From NCBI GenBank assembly GCA_964619725.1, contig CAZUFC010000088.1, forward strand, positions 1-37,845: a stretch of DNA of 37,845 nt. The letters are read 5' to 3'. Source of the stretch: an uncultured bacterium (GTDB lineage Bacteria > CSSED10-310 > CAZUFC01). The notes under the pieces are model-generated. The model was not told the origin of the DNA. It was given only the letters and a program-made list of their open reading frames with translations, and made no database searches. Shown here in pieces: positions 28,530-37,845 of the stretch. The position numbers were made by a program, and so were the translations under genes. Position 1 is the first letter of the stretch, and each line of letters starts with the position of its first letter.

Positions 28530-29619
28530 TTCTGTCTTTCCATTTGACCTGTTTTTTGGTTATCAGCAAATAAAGCGAGTGAAAAAAAACGACTATATAA
28601 AATAAGAGGTAAAGGGGATAAAAGAGGGCGACATATATTCGGAAATTTCCTATACGCCGCAGCATCCAGGCGGTTTGAAGGCAATACAGGAGATAAATAA
28701 TGACGGCCGGAACCATGCAGAACGAGGAAAATTGAAACAGGAGAAGATACAGCAGGTAAAGAAAAGCGGCTATTCCGCCGAAGAACCAGAGAATAATGCT
28801 GAATAAAACGAAACCGGGAGTATTGCCGGCTCCTGCCGCGAAGGCTTTGCTCCACCCCTCGATTAATTCTCTTATGCCGTTGGGGAACATGCGGAACGAC
28901 AGAGTTCCTTTTCCGCCGACGCAGTTTATCGGTACATTATTTTTCCTGAATTTTTCAGCCAGGAAAAAATTTTCCAAAATTTTGTTTTTGACCGCTTCAT
29001 GCCCGCCGCTTTTGAGGTAATCGGTTTTTTCGACCAGCATGCATTGCCCGAAAAGCCCTTTTTTTCTTGTTTTGTCCCCTCGAAGAGTGAACACGTTGAC
29101 TCCGCCCATCATGGCTACATTAAAAAAAGCCGAAAAATTTTCGTACAGCTTCCCGATTTTATGATAGGGAGCGACAGACAATACGCCGCTCCTGTTTTTA
29201 TAAGTATGCAGCAGTTTGTTCATTCCCTCCGGTTCGAAAAAAGTGTCTGCATCCAGGAACAGAAGGTGTCGACCGGATGCTTGAGCGGCTCCCTGATGAC
29301 AGGCCCAATTTTTCCCCGTCCATCCGTCAGGTAAAGGCGAAGAATCAATGACTCGCGCTCCGCATTCCAGGGCGTTTTTTTTCGTCTGATCCGTCGACTG
29401 ATCGTTAACCACGATTATTTCACTGTTTGTAATACTTTGAGATTGAATGGAGCGAAGCAGGCGAACGATATTCTTTTCTTCGTTTCTGGCAGGTATAACG
29501 ATCGACAGGGATTCCAGGGGTTCATGTTTTGCCGGTGTTTCGCACAAGGGGATTCTTGCCAGGAAATAGAATCCGACGAACCAGAGAATCAGAATTATTA
29601 TGCCGCATGCGATCATCAT
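28507..29619 (-). CDS. crtQ: GT2 glycosyltransferase, CrtQ-like
   Basis: N-terminal TM, IPARNEE, NDQSTD, GWTGKNWAC, FLDAD, FGQC, FRMFP...EGWSK, C-terminal TMs, WKDR. GT2 is secure; CrtQ specificity is inferred from coupling to the crtO-like gene. Confidence 0.75.
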   Translation of the reverse strand: MMIACGIIILILWFVGFYFLARIPLCETPAKHEPLESLSIVIPARNEEKNIVRLLRSIQSQSITNSEIIVVNDQSTDQTKKNALECGARVIDSSPLPDGWTGKNWACHQGAAQASGRHLLFLDADTFFEPEGMNKLLHTYKNRSGVLSVAPYHKIGKLYENFSAFFNVAMMGGVNVFTLRGDKTRKKGLFGQCMLVEKTDYLKSGGHEAVKNKILENFFLAEKFRKNNVPINCVGGKGTLSFRMFPNGIRELIEGWSKAFAAGAGNTPGFVLFSIILWFFGGIAAFLYLLYLLLFQFSSFCMVPAVIIYLLYCLQTAWMLRRIGNFRIYVALFYPLYLLFYIVVFFHSLYLLITKKQVKWKDRNVMGTAD

Positions 29620-29793
29620 TATTTTACTTACTCCGCTACAGAAGGATCAGGGGAGGAAAGGCCCGTTTGCATTTTTACAGAAGTTCTTCCTGTTTTTTAA
29701 CTTATCAGATAATTTTCCCCTTTTCCACTTTTGTTATTACTTGATCAAGTGTGCTAAACTCTAATCGAAATTGTTCTTCCGAAAGGAGCCGTT

Positions 29794-31164
29794 ATGGGAT
29801 ATTCCCTGAAAAAACTGACGGAAAAGCATAGAGCGTTTTTTCTTAATGAAGAGACCAGGAGCGTCGATGCCCGGATATTGATTCTGAAAAAAATGAAAAA
29901 GTTGATAAAAAAATGGGAAAAACCCCTGTTAAAGGCTATGCAGGAGGATTTGGGCAAGCCCGGCATGGAGGCTTACGTTTCTGAAATATATTTTACGATA
30001 AAAGAGATCGATTTTGCATTGAAAAACATCAAGAAATGGGCGGCTGCTGAAAAGGCCAAAGGGGAACTCTTTTTATTTCCCTCCAAAAGCAGGATTTTTT
30101 ATGAGCCTTACGGCGTGGTCCTGATAATCGGGCCGTGGAATTATCCTTTTCAACTGGTGACGGCCCCTCTGGTTTCGGCTGTTGCAGCAGGTAATTGTGC
30201 AATCGTGAAGCCTTCGGAAATTTCTTCTGCGGTTTCAGGCGTGTTGAATCGCATGTTCAGCGAGGCATTCGATGATGAATGGATAAGCATAGTGGAGGGC
30301 GGCGTTGAGACGGCAACGGAGCTGCTGTCCCAGGACTTTGATCTCATTTTTTATACGGGAAACGGCAGGGTAGGAAAAATCGTGATGAAGGCCGCCGCGG
30401 ATAACCTCACGCCCGTCGTCCTGGAACTGGGCGGGAAAAGTCCCTGCATCGTCGACAAAGAAATCGATCTGCAGAAGGCCGTTAAAAAAATAACGCTGGG
30501 TAAATTCTTTAATGCCGGACAGACTTGCGTAGCCCCTGATTACATCTACGTTCATTCAGAAATCAGGGACAAATTTTTCGGGCTGCTTGAAAAATGCATA
30601 AAAGAATTCTACGGCAATAATCCGGCTTCAAGTCCCGATTATGCGCAAATCATCAATCGAAGGCATTTCGATCGCCTGACGGCGTTGATCGACGAAAAGG
30701 CCGTCACAATAGGCGAACATGATCAGAATACGCTGAAAGTCGCTCCCACACTGCTGCCGCAAGCAGACTGGAATCATGCAGCCATGAAGGAAGAAATCTT
30801 CGGTCCCGTCCTTCCCATATTGGAATACAACGATTTGGACGTCGTTATACAAAAACTCGCCTCGCAACCTAAACCCCTCGCTTTATACCTCTTTTCCAAT
30901 AACGATCAATTACAAAATAAAATTGTAAGAAAAACTTCCTCCGGCGGCATCTGCATCAATGACGTCATGATGCATATTACCAATATGCACCTGCCCTTCG
31001 GAGGCGTCGGTGATTCGGGTATGGGACGTTACCGCGGCAAATACGGGTTCCTCACTTTCTCCAATCAAAAAAGCGTTATGGTTAAATCACAGAAATGGGA
31101 TATCTTTTCCGCTTATCCTCCCTACGGAAAAAAATTGAAAATTTTAAGGAAAATACTAAGATGA
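29794..31164 (+). CDS. NAD(P)-dependent aldehyde dehydrogenase, class 3 type (possible CrtNc/AldH-like)
   Basis: PWNYP, KPSE, LELGGKSP, NAGQTCVAPD, EEIFGP, PFGGVGDSGMG. AAGGAG RBS. Confidence 0.92.
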   Translation: MGYSLKKLTEKHRAFFLNEETRSVDARILILKKMKKLIKKWEKPLLKAMQEDLGKPGMEAYVSEIYFTIKEIDFALKNIKKWAAAEKAKGELFLFPSKSRIFYEPYGVVLIIGPWNYPFQLVTAPLVSAVAAGNCAIVKPSEISSAVSGVLNRMFSEAFDDEWISIVEGGVETATELLSQDFDLIFYTGNGRVGKIVMKAAADNLTPVVLELGGKSPCIVDKEIDLQKAVKKITLGKFFNAGQTCVAPDYIYVHSEIRDKFFGLLEKCIKEFYGNNPASSPDYAQIINRRHFDRLTALIDEKAVTIGEHDQNTLKVAPTLLPQADWNHAAMKEEIFGPVLPILEYNDLDVVIQKLASQPKPLALYLFSNNDQLQNKIVRKTSSGGICINDVMMHITNMHLPFGGVGDSGMGRYRGKYGFLTFSNQKSVMVKSQKWDIFSAYPPYGKKLKILRKILR

Positions 31165-31700
31165 AAAAGCGCTGCAGCATTATCATCGCTTTATTGCTTT
31201 TAACATTCTCTTACAGCATTATGACTTCAGCCCAACATAGTAAACTGATTAATTTTAAACTCAATGACCAGTTTGACCGGGTATATTCAGATGAGGATTA
31301 CAGCGGCGAATTGTTTATAATGATTGGCGGGGATCGAAAAGGCAGCCGTTTTTCACCGGAATGGGGAGAGGCTATAAGGGCTGAACTGCAAAAGAACGAG
31401 GAGCTCAGGGATATTAAGATTCTTCGGGTGGCGGACGTTCGGGGCGTCCCTTTTTTTCTCAAGGGAGTCGTCAAAAAAAAGTTTCCCAAAGAGAGGGAAA
31501 AATGGGTCGTTATTGATTGGGAGGGTAGGTTTGCGACACATTATGAGTTCAAGGATGAATTCTGCAACATTGTTGTATTCGATGAAAAAGGTCAAGTGAT
31601 ACATCAGACGGCGGGCCAGGAGCCTGAAGAAAAGGAAATATTGAAAATAATGGAAATAATAGAGTCCGCCTCAGCATCCGATAGAGAGAAAGCAGAGTGA
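31161..31700 (+). CDS. Secreted hypothetical protein, probable thioredoxin-like fold without CxxC (YtfJ-like)
   Basis: ATGA overlap with the ALDH stop, signal peptide, FKLNDQFDR, VPFFLK, IDWEG, IVVFDEKG. Confidence 0.6.
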   Translation: MKKRCSIIIALLLLTFSYSIMTSAQHSKLINFKLNDQFDRVYSDEDYSGELFIMIGGDRKGSRFSPEWGEAIRAELQKNEELRDIKILRVADVRGVPFFLKGVVKKKFPKEREKWVVIDWEGRFATHYEFKDEFCNIVVFDEKGQVIHQTAGQEPEEKEILKIMEIIESASASDREKAE

Positions 31701-31850
31701 AAGGAATACGGTCAATCTTCATTTCTGCAGGATTGTGAAGGTAAATTTTACTTCTTTGGAATGATCCGTATTATTAATGGAGCGAGTGCAGGTTTTCGTC
31801 GATTGAAGGAAACTGCCTGAATATAAAGCATTGGGGATCGGTTTATAAAA

Positions 31851-33209
31851 GTGAGCAGGGGAAATAATGGAGCAAGCAGGAGTTTAGTCATACTAGGCGG
31901 AGGTATGGCAGGACTGTCTTTGGGTTATTTCGCGGGAAAAAACGGAATACCGTTTACGATTTACGAAGCGAAAGACCGCGTAGGCGGAAATTGCATAACA
32001 TTTGAAAGCAAAGGTTTTCGTTATGATTCCGGTGCGCATCGATTTCATGATAAAGATGAACAGATGACCGCGGAAGTCCTGCATTTGATGGGCGATAAGA
32101 TACATAGAATAAAGGCTCCCAGTCGGATTCTTCATAACGGAGAGTTCTATGATTTTCCACTTTCGGTTTTTAATTTGTTGAAAAGAATGGGAATTGCCTC
32201 TTTTTCAAAGGGGGTATGGGATACCTTAGCTTCCAGGTTGAAATATTCCAATTCAACGAACGGCGATTTTGAGGAATTTGCTTATGCGGCCTACGGAAAA
32301 CATATTGCCGACAAGTTTTTAACGAATTATTCCGAAAAGCTGTGGGGACTTTCATGTGATCGCCTTTCGCCCGAAATCGCCGGGGAACGGCTGAAGGGAT
32401 TGGACTTAGGTTCATTTATCCTTGAGACGTTCAAGAGCAGGTTATCCGGCAGCAAGCATATGGAAGGAAATTTTTATTATCCGGAGGAAGGCATAGGAGC
32501 GCTTTCAAATAAAATGGCGGACCGATGCGGCAGAAAGAATATCCGAACGGGTTCAAAGATTACAGCAATATTCCACGATAACAGGAAAATTACGTCGATA
32601 GAGATAAACGGCAAGGAAAAAAAAGAAGCGAAAGCAATAGCCAGTTCACTGCCGCTCACTGATCTGATTGAAATATTGCTGCCGGCGGCTCCGCAGGACG
32701 TCAGCTCTGCAGTAAAAAGACTTTCCTTCAGAAACCTGATACTGACGGCGATATTTCTGAATAAAAATTCAATAAGTGATTGCGCTACAATATATTGTCC
32801 CGATTCATCGTTCCCCTTCACACGCATTTACGAGCCTAAAAACAGAAGTCTCCTCATGTCGCCGTCGGGGAAAACTTCTCTCATCGCAGAAATTCCATGC
32901 GCTCATTCCGACGAACTCTGGACGGCAACGGATGAATTCCTGATAAAACTAGTTCTGGATCATTTGAGAGAATTCAAATGGTTTACGCAGGAAGATATCA
33001 TCTCTGTTGATGTTCAGAGGATGAAAAACTGCTATCCTGTTTTGAAACTGGGATATGAGCGAGAAAAGGCAAAAATCAACGATTATCTCAAGCGCTTTTC
33101 CAATCTTTATATTACGGGGAGGAACGGCAGGTTCGTCTATGAGTGGATTCACAATATGATGAGGTACGGGAAAGATATTGCGGACGATCTGATTAATCAG
33201 ACGACATGA
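31851..33209 (+). CDS. FAD-dependent oxidoreductase (protoporphyrinogen oxidase / amine oxidase-like superfamily)
   Basis: ILGGGMAGL Rossmann motif, EAKDRVGG, DSGAHRFH, YSEKLWG, FYYPEEG, RIYEPKN, GRNGRF. Substrate unknown. Confidence 0.85.
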   Translation: MSRGNNGASRSLVILGGGMAGLSLGYFAGKNGIPFTIYEAKDRVGGNCITFESKGFRYDSGAHRFHDKDEQMTAEVLHLMGDKIHRIKAPSRILHNGEFYDFPLSVFNLLKRMGIASFSKGVWDTLASRLKYSNSTNGDFEEFAYAAYGKHIADKFLTNYSEKLWGLSCDRLSPEIAGERLKGLDLGSFILETFKSRLSGSKHMEGNFYYPEEGIGALSNKMADRCGRKNIRTGSKITAIFHDNRKITSIEINGKEKKEAKAIASSLPLTDLIEILLPAAPQDVSSAVKRLSFRNLILTAIFLNKNSISDCATIYCPDSSFPFTRIYEPKNRSLLMSPSGKTSLIAEIPCAHSDELWTATDEFLIKLVLDHLREFKWFTQEDIISVDVQRMKNCYPVLKLGYEREKAKINDYLKRFSNLYITGRNGRFVYEWIHNMMRYGKDIADDLINQTT

Positions 33210-33307
33210 ATTGTCCTTAACGCATATTTTCTCTCATCAACCGAGTTTTTTTAAAAAATTGGTAGGACAATTTTTACAAGAAACCGCCTTCATAGAGCAA
33301 AGGGAAT

Positions 33308-33330
33308 GTAGAAGCGGCATCCTGCCGCTT
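33308..33330 (+). repeat. GTAG-type REP-like hairpin
   Basis: GTAG followed by AAGCGGCA-TCC-TGCCGCTT. Confidence 0.6.
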
Positions 33331-33523
33331 TCCGATGCAGGTTAAAATTCCGATCAAGCGAATACGGATCAACAAACCTGGTTGAATGCCTGCTTCCCCA
33401 TAAGATTCCGAAAGGTCCCGGAACCACGCGGATGGATGAAAGTAAAATTGCGATATGAATCAGGGGACAATTGCGGCCTTCGGTTAACGCGGGTTGCGGC
33501 ATTGATTTGGATTATTAAGAAAC

Positions 33524-33548
33524 CACGAATCACACGAATCACACGAAT
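33524..33548 (+). repeat. 9-bp tandem repeat CACGAATCA (about 3 units)
   Basis: CACGAATCA CACGAATCA CACGAAT. Confidence 0.85.
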
Positions 33549-33709
33549 AAGAGGGGCGACATTGCCGTCAATCGCACGTCGTTCGGGTTTTCGGCAGATT
33601 GTGCAAATATCTGGTCCGTCAAGCATTTCACAATTTTTTATTAGCGAATGTCAGCAGATGTGAACCTCGAAACTAAGGATATCTGATCAGCCCCGAAATT
33701 CGGAGGTAT

Positions 33710-33741
33710 TGTAACCTCAAAAGACCTATTTTTGATCAATG
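33710..33741 (-). repeat. Isolated end of family D
   Basis: TGTAACCTCAAAAGACCTATTTTTGATCAATG closely matches 37628-37659. Confidence 0.65.
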
Positions 33742-33761
33742 AGGAATTCTAATTCCCTTTT

Positions 33762-34622
33762 TCATCCTGGCGGCGCATTTTTAACTTTTTCATCAAAATT
33801 ATCCCTGTATCTGTTTTTGACGGAATTCAGGGAATTAATAAGGAGAATCGAACCGGATACGATCAGTGCCAGCCCCAGCAGATCAAACCACCAGGGTTGA
33901 AAGACCGCTTTTTGATAATCGGCGGAAGTGAAACCGGGAATATCGATATGCAGAACGTTGTAAACCAGGAAGATCGCTCCGTTTATCGTCATATGACCGA
34001 AAATAACGGGGATTAGAGAGCGCGTTACGGTGAAAATGTATCCGAAGACGAGTCCGGCGGTGAAGCTGCTTGCAAATACCCAGGGATTGACGTGCAGAAG
34101 CATGAACAAAAATGCCTGGAGGACGATGGCTTTTCTTCTGGAATATCTTAATGTGAATCCCCGGAGAAATGCTCCTCTGAACAACGGTTCCTCAGTAACA
34201 GGCGCCAGTATCGCCAGAAGGAAGAATCCTGCTGCCGTATTTTCCGTCTCCAGAATATCTTCTATCGCCTGTTGGAAAATATCGGGAACGGGATGGATCA
34301 TTCTGAAAAGATTGTCCAGCTCGGAAAGTAAAATAACCAGGCCGAGCAGAAATGGAATCATGGCGGCAAGCAGGCTGATGGAGGCCGGTTTGAGGGGAAA
34401 CATCTCGTGGAAAGGCGCGCCGGTTATTTTCAGGCAGAGAAACAAAACGCCGCCGAAAACAATAATATTCGTCGGAATAATCATGGCCGCATCCGATGCG
34501 TTCAAAGAAAAGAAGGATTGAAAAACGAATATAATTGAGAAAACAAGCTCCTGCATAATAACAAAAAGAAAAATAATGATAAGGGCCTGAGAAAAGGAGG
34601 GAAAATCGTATTTTTTTTTCAT
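33762..34622 (-). CDS. CPBP (CAAX protease / Abi) family intramembrane glutamic endopeptidase
   Basis: Multiple TM helices, EEPLFRG, FMLLH, HMTING. AAGGAG RBS supports ATG 34622. Confidence 0.88.
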   Translation of the reverse strand: MKKKYDFPSFSQALIIIFLFVIMQELVFSIIFVFQSFFSLNASDAAMIIPTNIIVFGGVLFLCLKITGAPFHEMFPLKPASISLLAAMIPFLLGLVILLSELDNLFRMIHPVPDIFQQAIEDILETENTAAGFFLLAILAPVTEEPLFRGAFLRGFTLRYSRRKAIVLQAFLFMLLHVNPWVFASSFTAGLVFGYIFTVTRSLIPVIFGHMTINGAIFLVYNVLHIDIPGFTSADYQKAVFQPWWFDLLGLALIVSGSILLINSLNSVKNRYRDNFDEKVKNAPPG

Positions 34623-34928
34623 AGGCTCCTTTCCAGTTGAAGAACAGGATGAATTCATGAAACGGCATCCGTCCTTTTAAAGAGGGCTTCATGTATTCTT
34701 TCATCAGTTTGGTTCCATGTCCAGGAAGAGGCTGATATTTCACAATGAATGGACAATAAGTTTAGAGACCGTTTTACTTACAGTTCCGTAAACGATGAAA
34801 TTTTTTGTCGTATAGTGCTGTGTTTCATCAGTTCTTTTAATTTTTTCAATAAAATGTCTTCACGCGTATGAGCCTGCGATTTTCAAGAGTATCGGAGCAT
34901 ATCGGATTCTTCATTGCGGAGATCAGAT

Positions 34929-34957
34929 TTGACAAAGGCAGAAAAAATAGTAAAAAA
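34929..34957 (+). promoter_or_regulatory. Possible sigma70-type promoter
   Basis: TTGACA (34929-34934), 16-bp spacer, TAAAAA; GGAGG RBS at 34994-34998. Confidence 0.35.
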
Positions 34958-35005
34958 TTGTAAGGGAAGATGAAAAGCAAAACGCTTTTAGATGGAGGAA
35001 ATTAA

Positions 35006-37219
35006 ATGAAGCAAAAAGCAATATTTTTTTCGATTTTGATGAGTTTATTTTTATTGAGCGGATCAGCGAACGCGGGGATCATCCAGGTACCGTCTCAGCA
35101 GCCGAACATCCAGGCGGGAATAAATGTTGCCGGGACGGGAGACACGGTGCTGGTGGCCAACGGAACATATTCGGGAGCGGGTAATACGAATTTAAATTTT
35201 CTCGGCAAGGCGATAACGGTAAAGTCGTCCGGCGGCGCCGGCGGTTGTGTAATCAACTGCGGCAACAGCAGTCGCGCTTTTCATTTCAGCATGCTGGAAG
35301 GGCCGACGTCCGTAGTGGATGGATTCACGATAAGGAACGGTTTTTCCGGTGACAAAGGCGGCGGTATTTACTGTCAGTCGTCGACCCCGACGATTCTCAA
35401 TTGCATATTTGATAACAACGTATGCCTGGGAGAAGGGGGAGCGATCTGCTGCACTCAATTGCTGTTATTCGATATGACGATAACGGGGTGCAGTTTCACG
35501 AATAATTCTGCGGCTGCAGGGGGCGGCATATACTGCAGCGAGAATACGAGGGCTGTAACGGTGAACGGAGGAATTTTCTCAGCAAACAGCGCAGTGAGCG
35601 GGGGCGGCATACACTGTGAGGACACCGAAACGAATATAAGCGGACCGGCGTTCACGGGCAATCAGGCGAATATGGGCGCTGCCGTATACATTCATGATTC
35701 CCCCGCGGACGTCGCAGCCTGTACATTGTCGCAGAACATAGGCACAGGAGTTGATTCGAAAGGCGCCGGATTGTATTGCACCAGTTCGACTCCCGCTATT
35801 TCCAACTGTTCGATAACATTAAACACGGCCGATATAGGAACGGCCATTTATTTTTATCAGTGCACTCAGGCTTCCACCATTTCCGATTGCACGATCATGG
35901 ATAACACCGCCAATTTGTACTGCGGGGGAATTCATTGTCGGCAGCATACTTCGCCGACCATTTACGGCTGCACTTTAATGAGAAATATCTGCCTGGATAC
36001 TGAAGAAGGCGGAGCGGCCATATATTGCAAGAACATGTCTTCTCCGACCATTTCCAGTTGTATGATAATTTCTAATACTTCGGAGAGGCACGGGGCAGGG
36101 ATATTCTGCGATCAATATTGCGAACCCGACATAACCAATTGTACGATCATGTTCAATCGTGCCGGTCTTCAGGGAGGCGGCATATATTCGAATTATTTTT
36201 CAGCCCCTACGATAACTTATTGCGACATCGCAAGCAATTATACGGAGGACGCAACCGGGACGAAAGGCGGCGGCATTTACCTGGAATACAACAGCTCGAC
36301 ATCGCCGTTAATATCCAATTGCACGTTGACGGATAATTCGGTAATCGGCTGGGATTCGCAGGGCGGCGGCATATACATGAACAACATTTCACCCGTCATA
36401 TCGGATTGTACATTCGACAACAATTCTGCGGCGGGTCAGGGCGGCGGCATATATTGTTACGCCCTGAATGATTCGAGCATCTCAAACACCATTTTTACGG
36501 CTAATTCTGCTGACAAGGGCGGCGGTATCTTCGTGGGTTTTGAATCCATTCTTAACATAACGAATGCGACATTCAACGGAAACCTGTCCAACAGGGGAGG
36601 CGCAGCGGCTATAGTACGCGATTCGGTCCTAACCACAGTAAACAGCATATTTTGGGGAAATCTTTCGGGACAGGGATCGGAATTTGCCCTTTATTTGAAT
36701 AATCCCGTGCTGAATATTTCCTACAGCGACGTTCAAGGCGGTTCCAGCGGCATCTATGCCGAATCCGGCACAACCGTAAACTGGGGTTCAGGAATGATTA
36801 CGACCGACCCCCAATTCACGTTAGGACCGGACGGCAATTATTATCTGAGTCAGTTCGCCTCCGGACAGTCCATCCAAAGCCCATGCGTCGACAGCGGAAA
36901 TCTCCAGGCCTATTCCGTCTGTTATCAGGCAGCCGGCGGAAACGTATGTATGAACCAGTCGACGACTCGAACGGATGAAGCCACGGATTCAGGCATCGTG
37001 GACATGGGTTTCCATTATTACTTCACGTCGTTTTATACCCCGACTCCATCGCTTTATTCGCCTACGCCTACAAGAACGCCGACCATTACTCCGACTCCGG
37101 GTCCCCAGGTTCCGTCAATGAATACGACGGGATTCCTGTTCTTGATCGGTTTGACAGGATGCGTGCTGCTTTTGTTTGGAAAAAACGTGAAGAAGTCTCG
37201 CCTTGGTGCGAAAAATTAG
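35006..37219 (+). CDS. Secreted right-handed parallel beta-helix protein (Pmp-like GG[AG]I / FxxN repeats) with Pro-Thr linker and C-terminal membrane anchor
   Basis: Signal peptide ending ANA, IQAGI...GDTVLVANGTY, many N-x-A...GGGIYC repeats, SPCVDSG, DMGFHY, PTPTRTPT linker, VPSM + TM + basic tail. Confidence 0.85.
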   Translation: MKQKAIFFSILMSLFLLSGSANAGIIQVPSQQPNIQAGINVAGTGDTVLVANGTYSGAGNTNLNFLGKAITVKSSGGAGGCVINCGNSSRAFHFSMLEGPTSVVDGFTIRNGFSGDKGGGIYCQSSTPTILNCIFDNNVCLGEGGAICCTQLLLFDMTITGCSFTNNSAAAGGGIYCSENTRAVTVNGGIFSANSAVSGGGIHCEDTETNISGPAFTGNQANMGAAVYIHDSPADVAACTLSQNIGTGVDSKGAGLYCTSSTPAISNCSITLNTADIGTAIYFYQCTQASTISDCTIMDNTANLYCGGIHCRQHTSPTIYGCTLMRNICLDTEEGGAAIYCKNMSSPTISSCMIISNTSERHGAGIFCDQYCEPDITNCTIMFNRAGLQGGGIYSNYFSAPTITYCDIASNYTEDATGTKGGGIYLEYNSSTSPLISNCTLTDNSVIGWDSQGGGIYMNNISPVISDCTFDNNSAAGQGGGIYCYALNDSSISNTIFTANSADKGGGIFVGFESILNITNATFNGNLSNRGGAAAIVRDSVLTTVNSIFWGNLSGQGSEFALYLNNPVLNISYSDVQGGSSGIYAESGTTVNWGSGMITTDPQFTLGPDGNYYLSQFASGQSIQSPCVDSGNLQAYSVCYQAAGGNVCMNQSTTRTDEATDSGIVDMGFHYYFTSFYTPTPSLYSPTPTRTPTITPTPGPQVPSMNTTGFLFLIGLTGCVLLLFGKNVKKSRLGAKN

Positions 37220-37511
37220 GTGCAATTGAATTCAAACGATTCAAGAGCATAACGAAAACAAGAAAGCTAATCAACTAGCATGATGAAGCCGTTAAGGCTT
37301 ATTTATCGATGTTTTTGGCGGCTTGGTCGCTCACACATAAAATAGCCCGCAGGGGGCTCATTTCTCCAATAACGCACGTGGAAAAATATTTATGATTAAT
37401 AGCCTTATGTTGACCTGTCCCGTCCGAACAAAAGAACCCGCATGTGGCCTATTTCGCCGATAGAGACCATGGGAAAATAGCGGTTGTGCCGGGAAATGGG
37501 AAAGTATATTT

Positions 37512-37662
37512 CGGGACTGATCAAACAGTGGTTACACTTTTTTCAAAATGTTTAACAGTTTGTTTCAATAATCGGGGTCGGGTTCGAGGTTGCAATCGCA
37601 GCAAAACGATTGGATATTCTGTAGGATTGTAACCTCAAAGGATGCATTTTTGATCATTGTCG
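37512..37662 (-). mobile_element. Inverted-repeat family D element (151 bp, best-preserved ends)
   Basis: CGGGACTGATCAAA ... TTTGATCATTGTCG. Interior is homologous to 21743-21880 and carries TCGGGG TCGGGT TCGAGG hexamers. Confidence 0.7.
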
Positions 37663-37683
37663 AAAAATGTGCGTATTCCGGTG

Positions 37684-37752
37684 AAAGTTGCCGGCGATTC
37701 TGGAAATACCCCAAAAAGCGGTAAACATAATTCCAGAATCGCCGGCATCTTT
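37684..37752. repeat. Long inverted repeat (family E)
   Basis: Perfect 17-bp arms TGCCGGCGATTCTGGAA (37689-37705) and TTCCAGAATCGCCGGCA (37731-37747) around a 25-nt loop. Confidence 0.8.
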
Positions 37753-37799
37753 GGTCCAGAATTTACAATCCTCCAAAGTCTTCGGAGGACATTTAACTA

Positions 37800-37845
37800 G
37801 TTTTTGTCCATAAACGGCGAATTTTTCCCAATACTGCGTCAGTCT
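37800..37845 (+). mobile_element. 5' part of module B, truncated by the window end
   Basis: 42/46 identical to 22193-22238. Preceded by TAACTA (37794-37799). Confidence 0.85.

Noticed and set aside
31851-33209. FAD oxidoreductase as the missing CrtN/CrtP desaturase
   Set aside because: Motifs (GAHRFH, YSEKLWG, RIYEPKN, GRNGRF) fit a different flavoprotein group. It lacks the GPT/GPS motif and C-terminal HPGGG-type signature of carotenoid desaturases.
33290-33663. ORFs with IRVIRV / RITRIT motifs
   Set aside because: Products of the CACGAATCA tandem repeat.
34192-34743. 183-aa ORF beginning with a PGHG motif (possible metallo-beta-lactamase remnant)
   Set aside because: Mostly an out-of-frame overlap with the CPBP gene; no HxHxDH or other support upstream.

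Overview
A 37.8-kb bacterial chromosomal segment, probably a whole contig, from a likely diderm organism with many secreted proteins. It holds about 23 credible CDS: pyrB-pyrI, purL-purQ, a secreted collagen-like protein, a RidA-family protein, pepD, an ABC-F ATPase, a DUF4783-like protein, an LpxL-type acyltransferase, a tricorn-like S41 protease, two lipoproteins, a circularly permuted ATP-grasp ligase, a radical SAM enzyme, an S8 protease with FG-GAP repeats, a crtO-like/crtQ-like/ALDH locus resembling C30-carotenoid tailoring genes, an FAD oxidoreductase, a CPBP protease and a Cys-rich beta-helix surface protein. I found no rRNA, tRNA, CRISPR array, transposase or integrase. The most unusual signal is intergenic. 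A modular non-autonomous element family (53-bp palindromic module A, 143-bp module B, and B+A composites) occurs five times. Its three complete copies each carry their own 6-bp direct repeat, one copy has compensatory changes in its inverted arms, and the family forms both ends of the window. A second 120-150 bp inverted-repeat family, REP-like hairpins and several 6-9 bp periodic microrepeats cluster in the same spacers. All protein calls come from reading motifs by eye; no searches were run.
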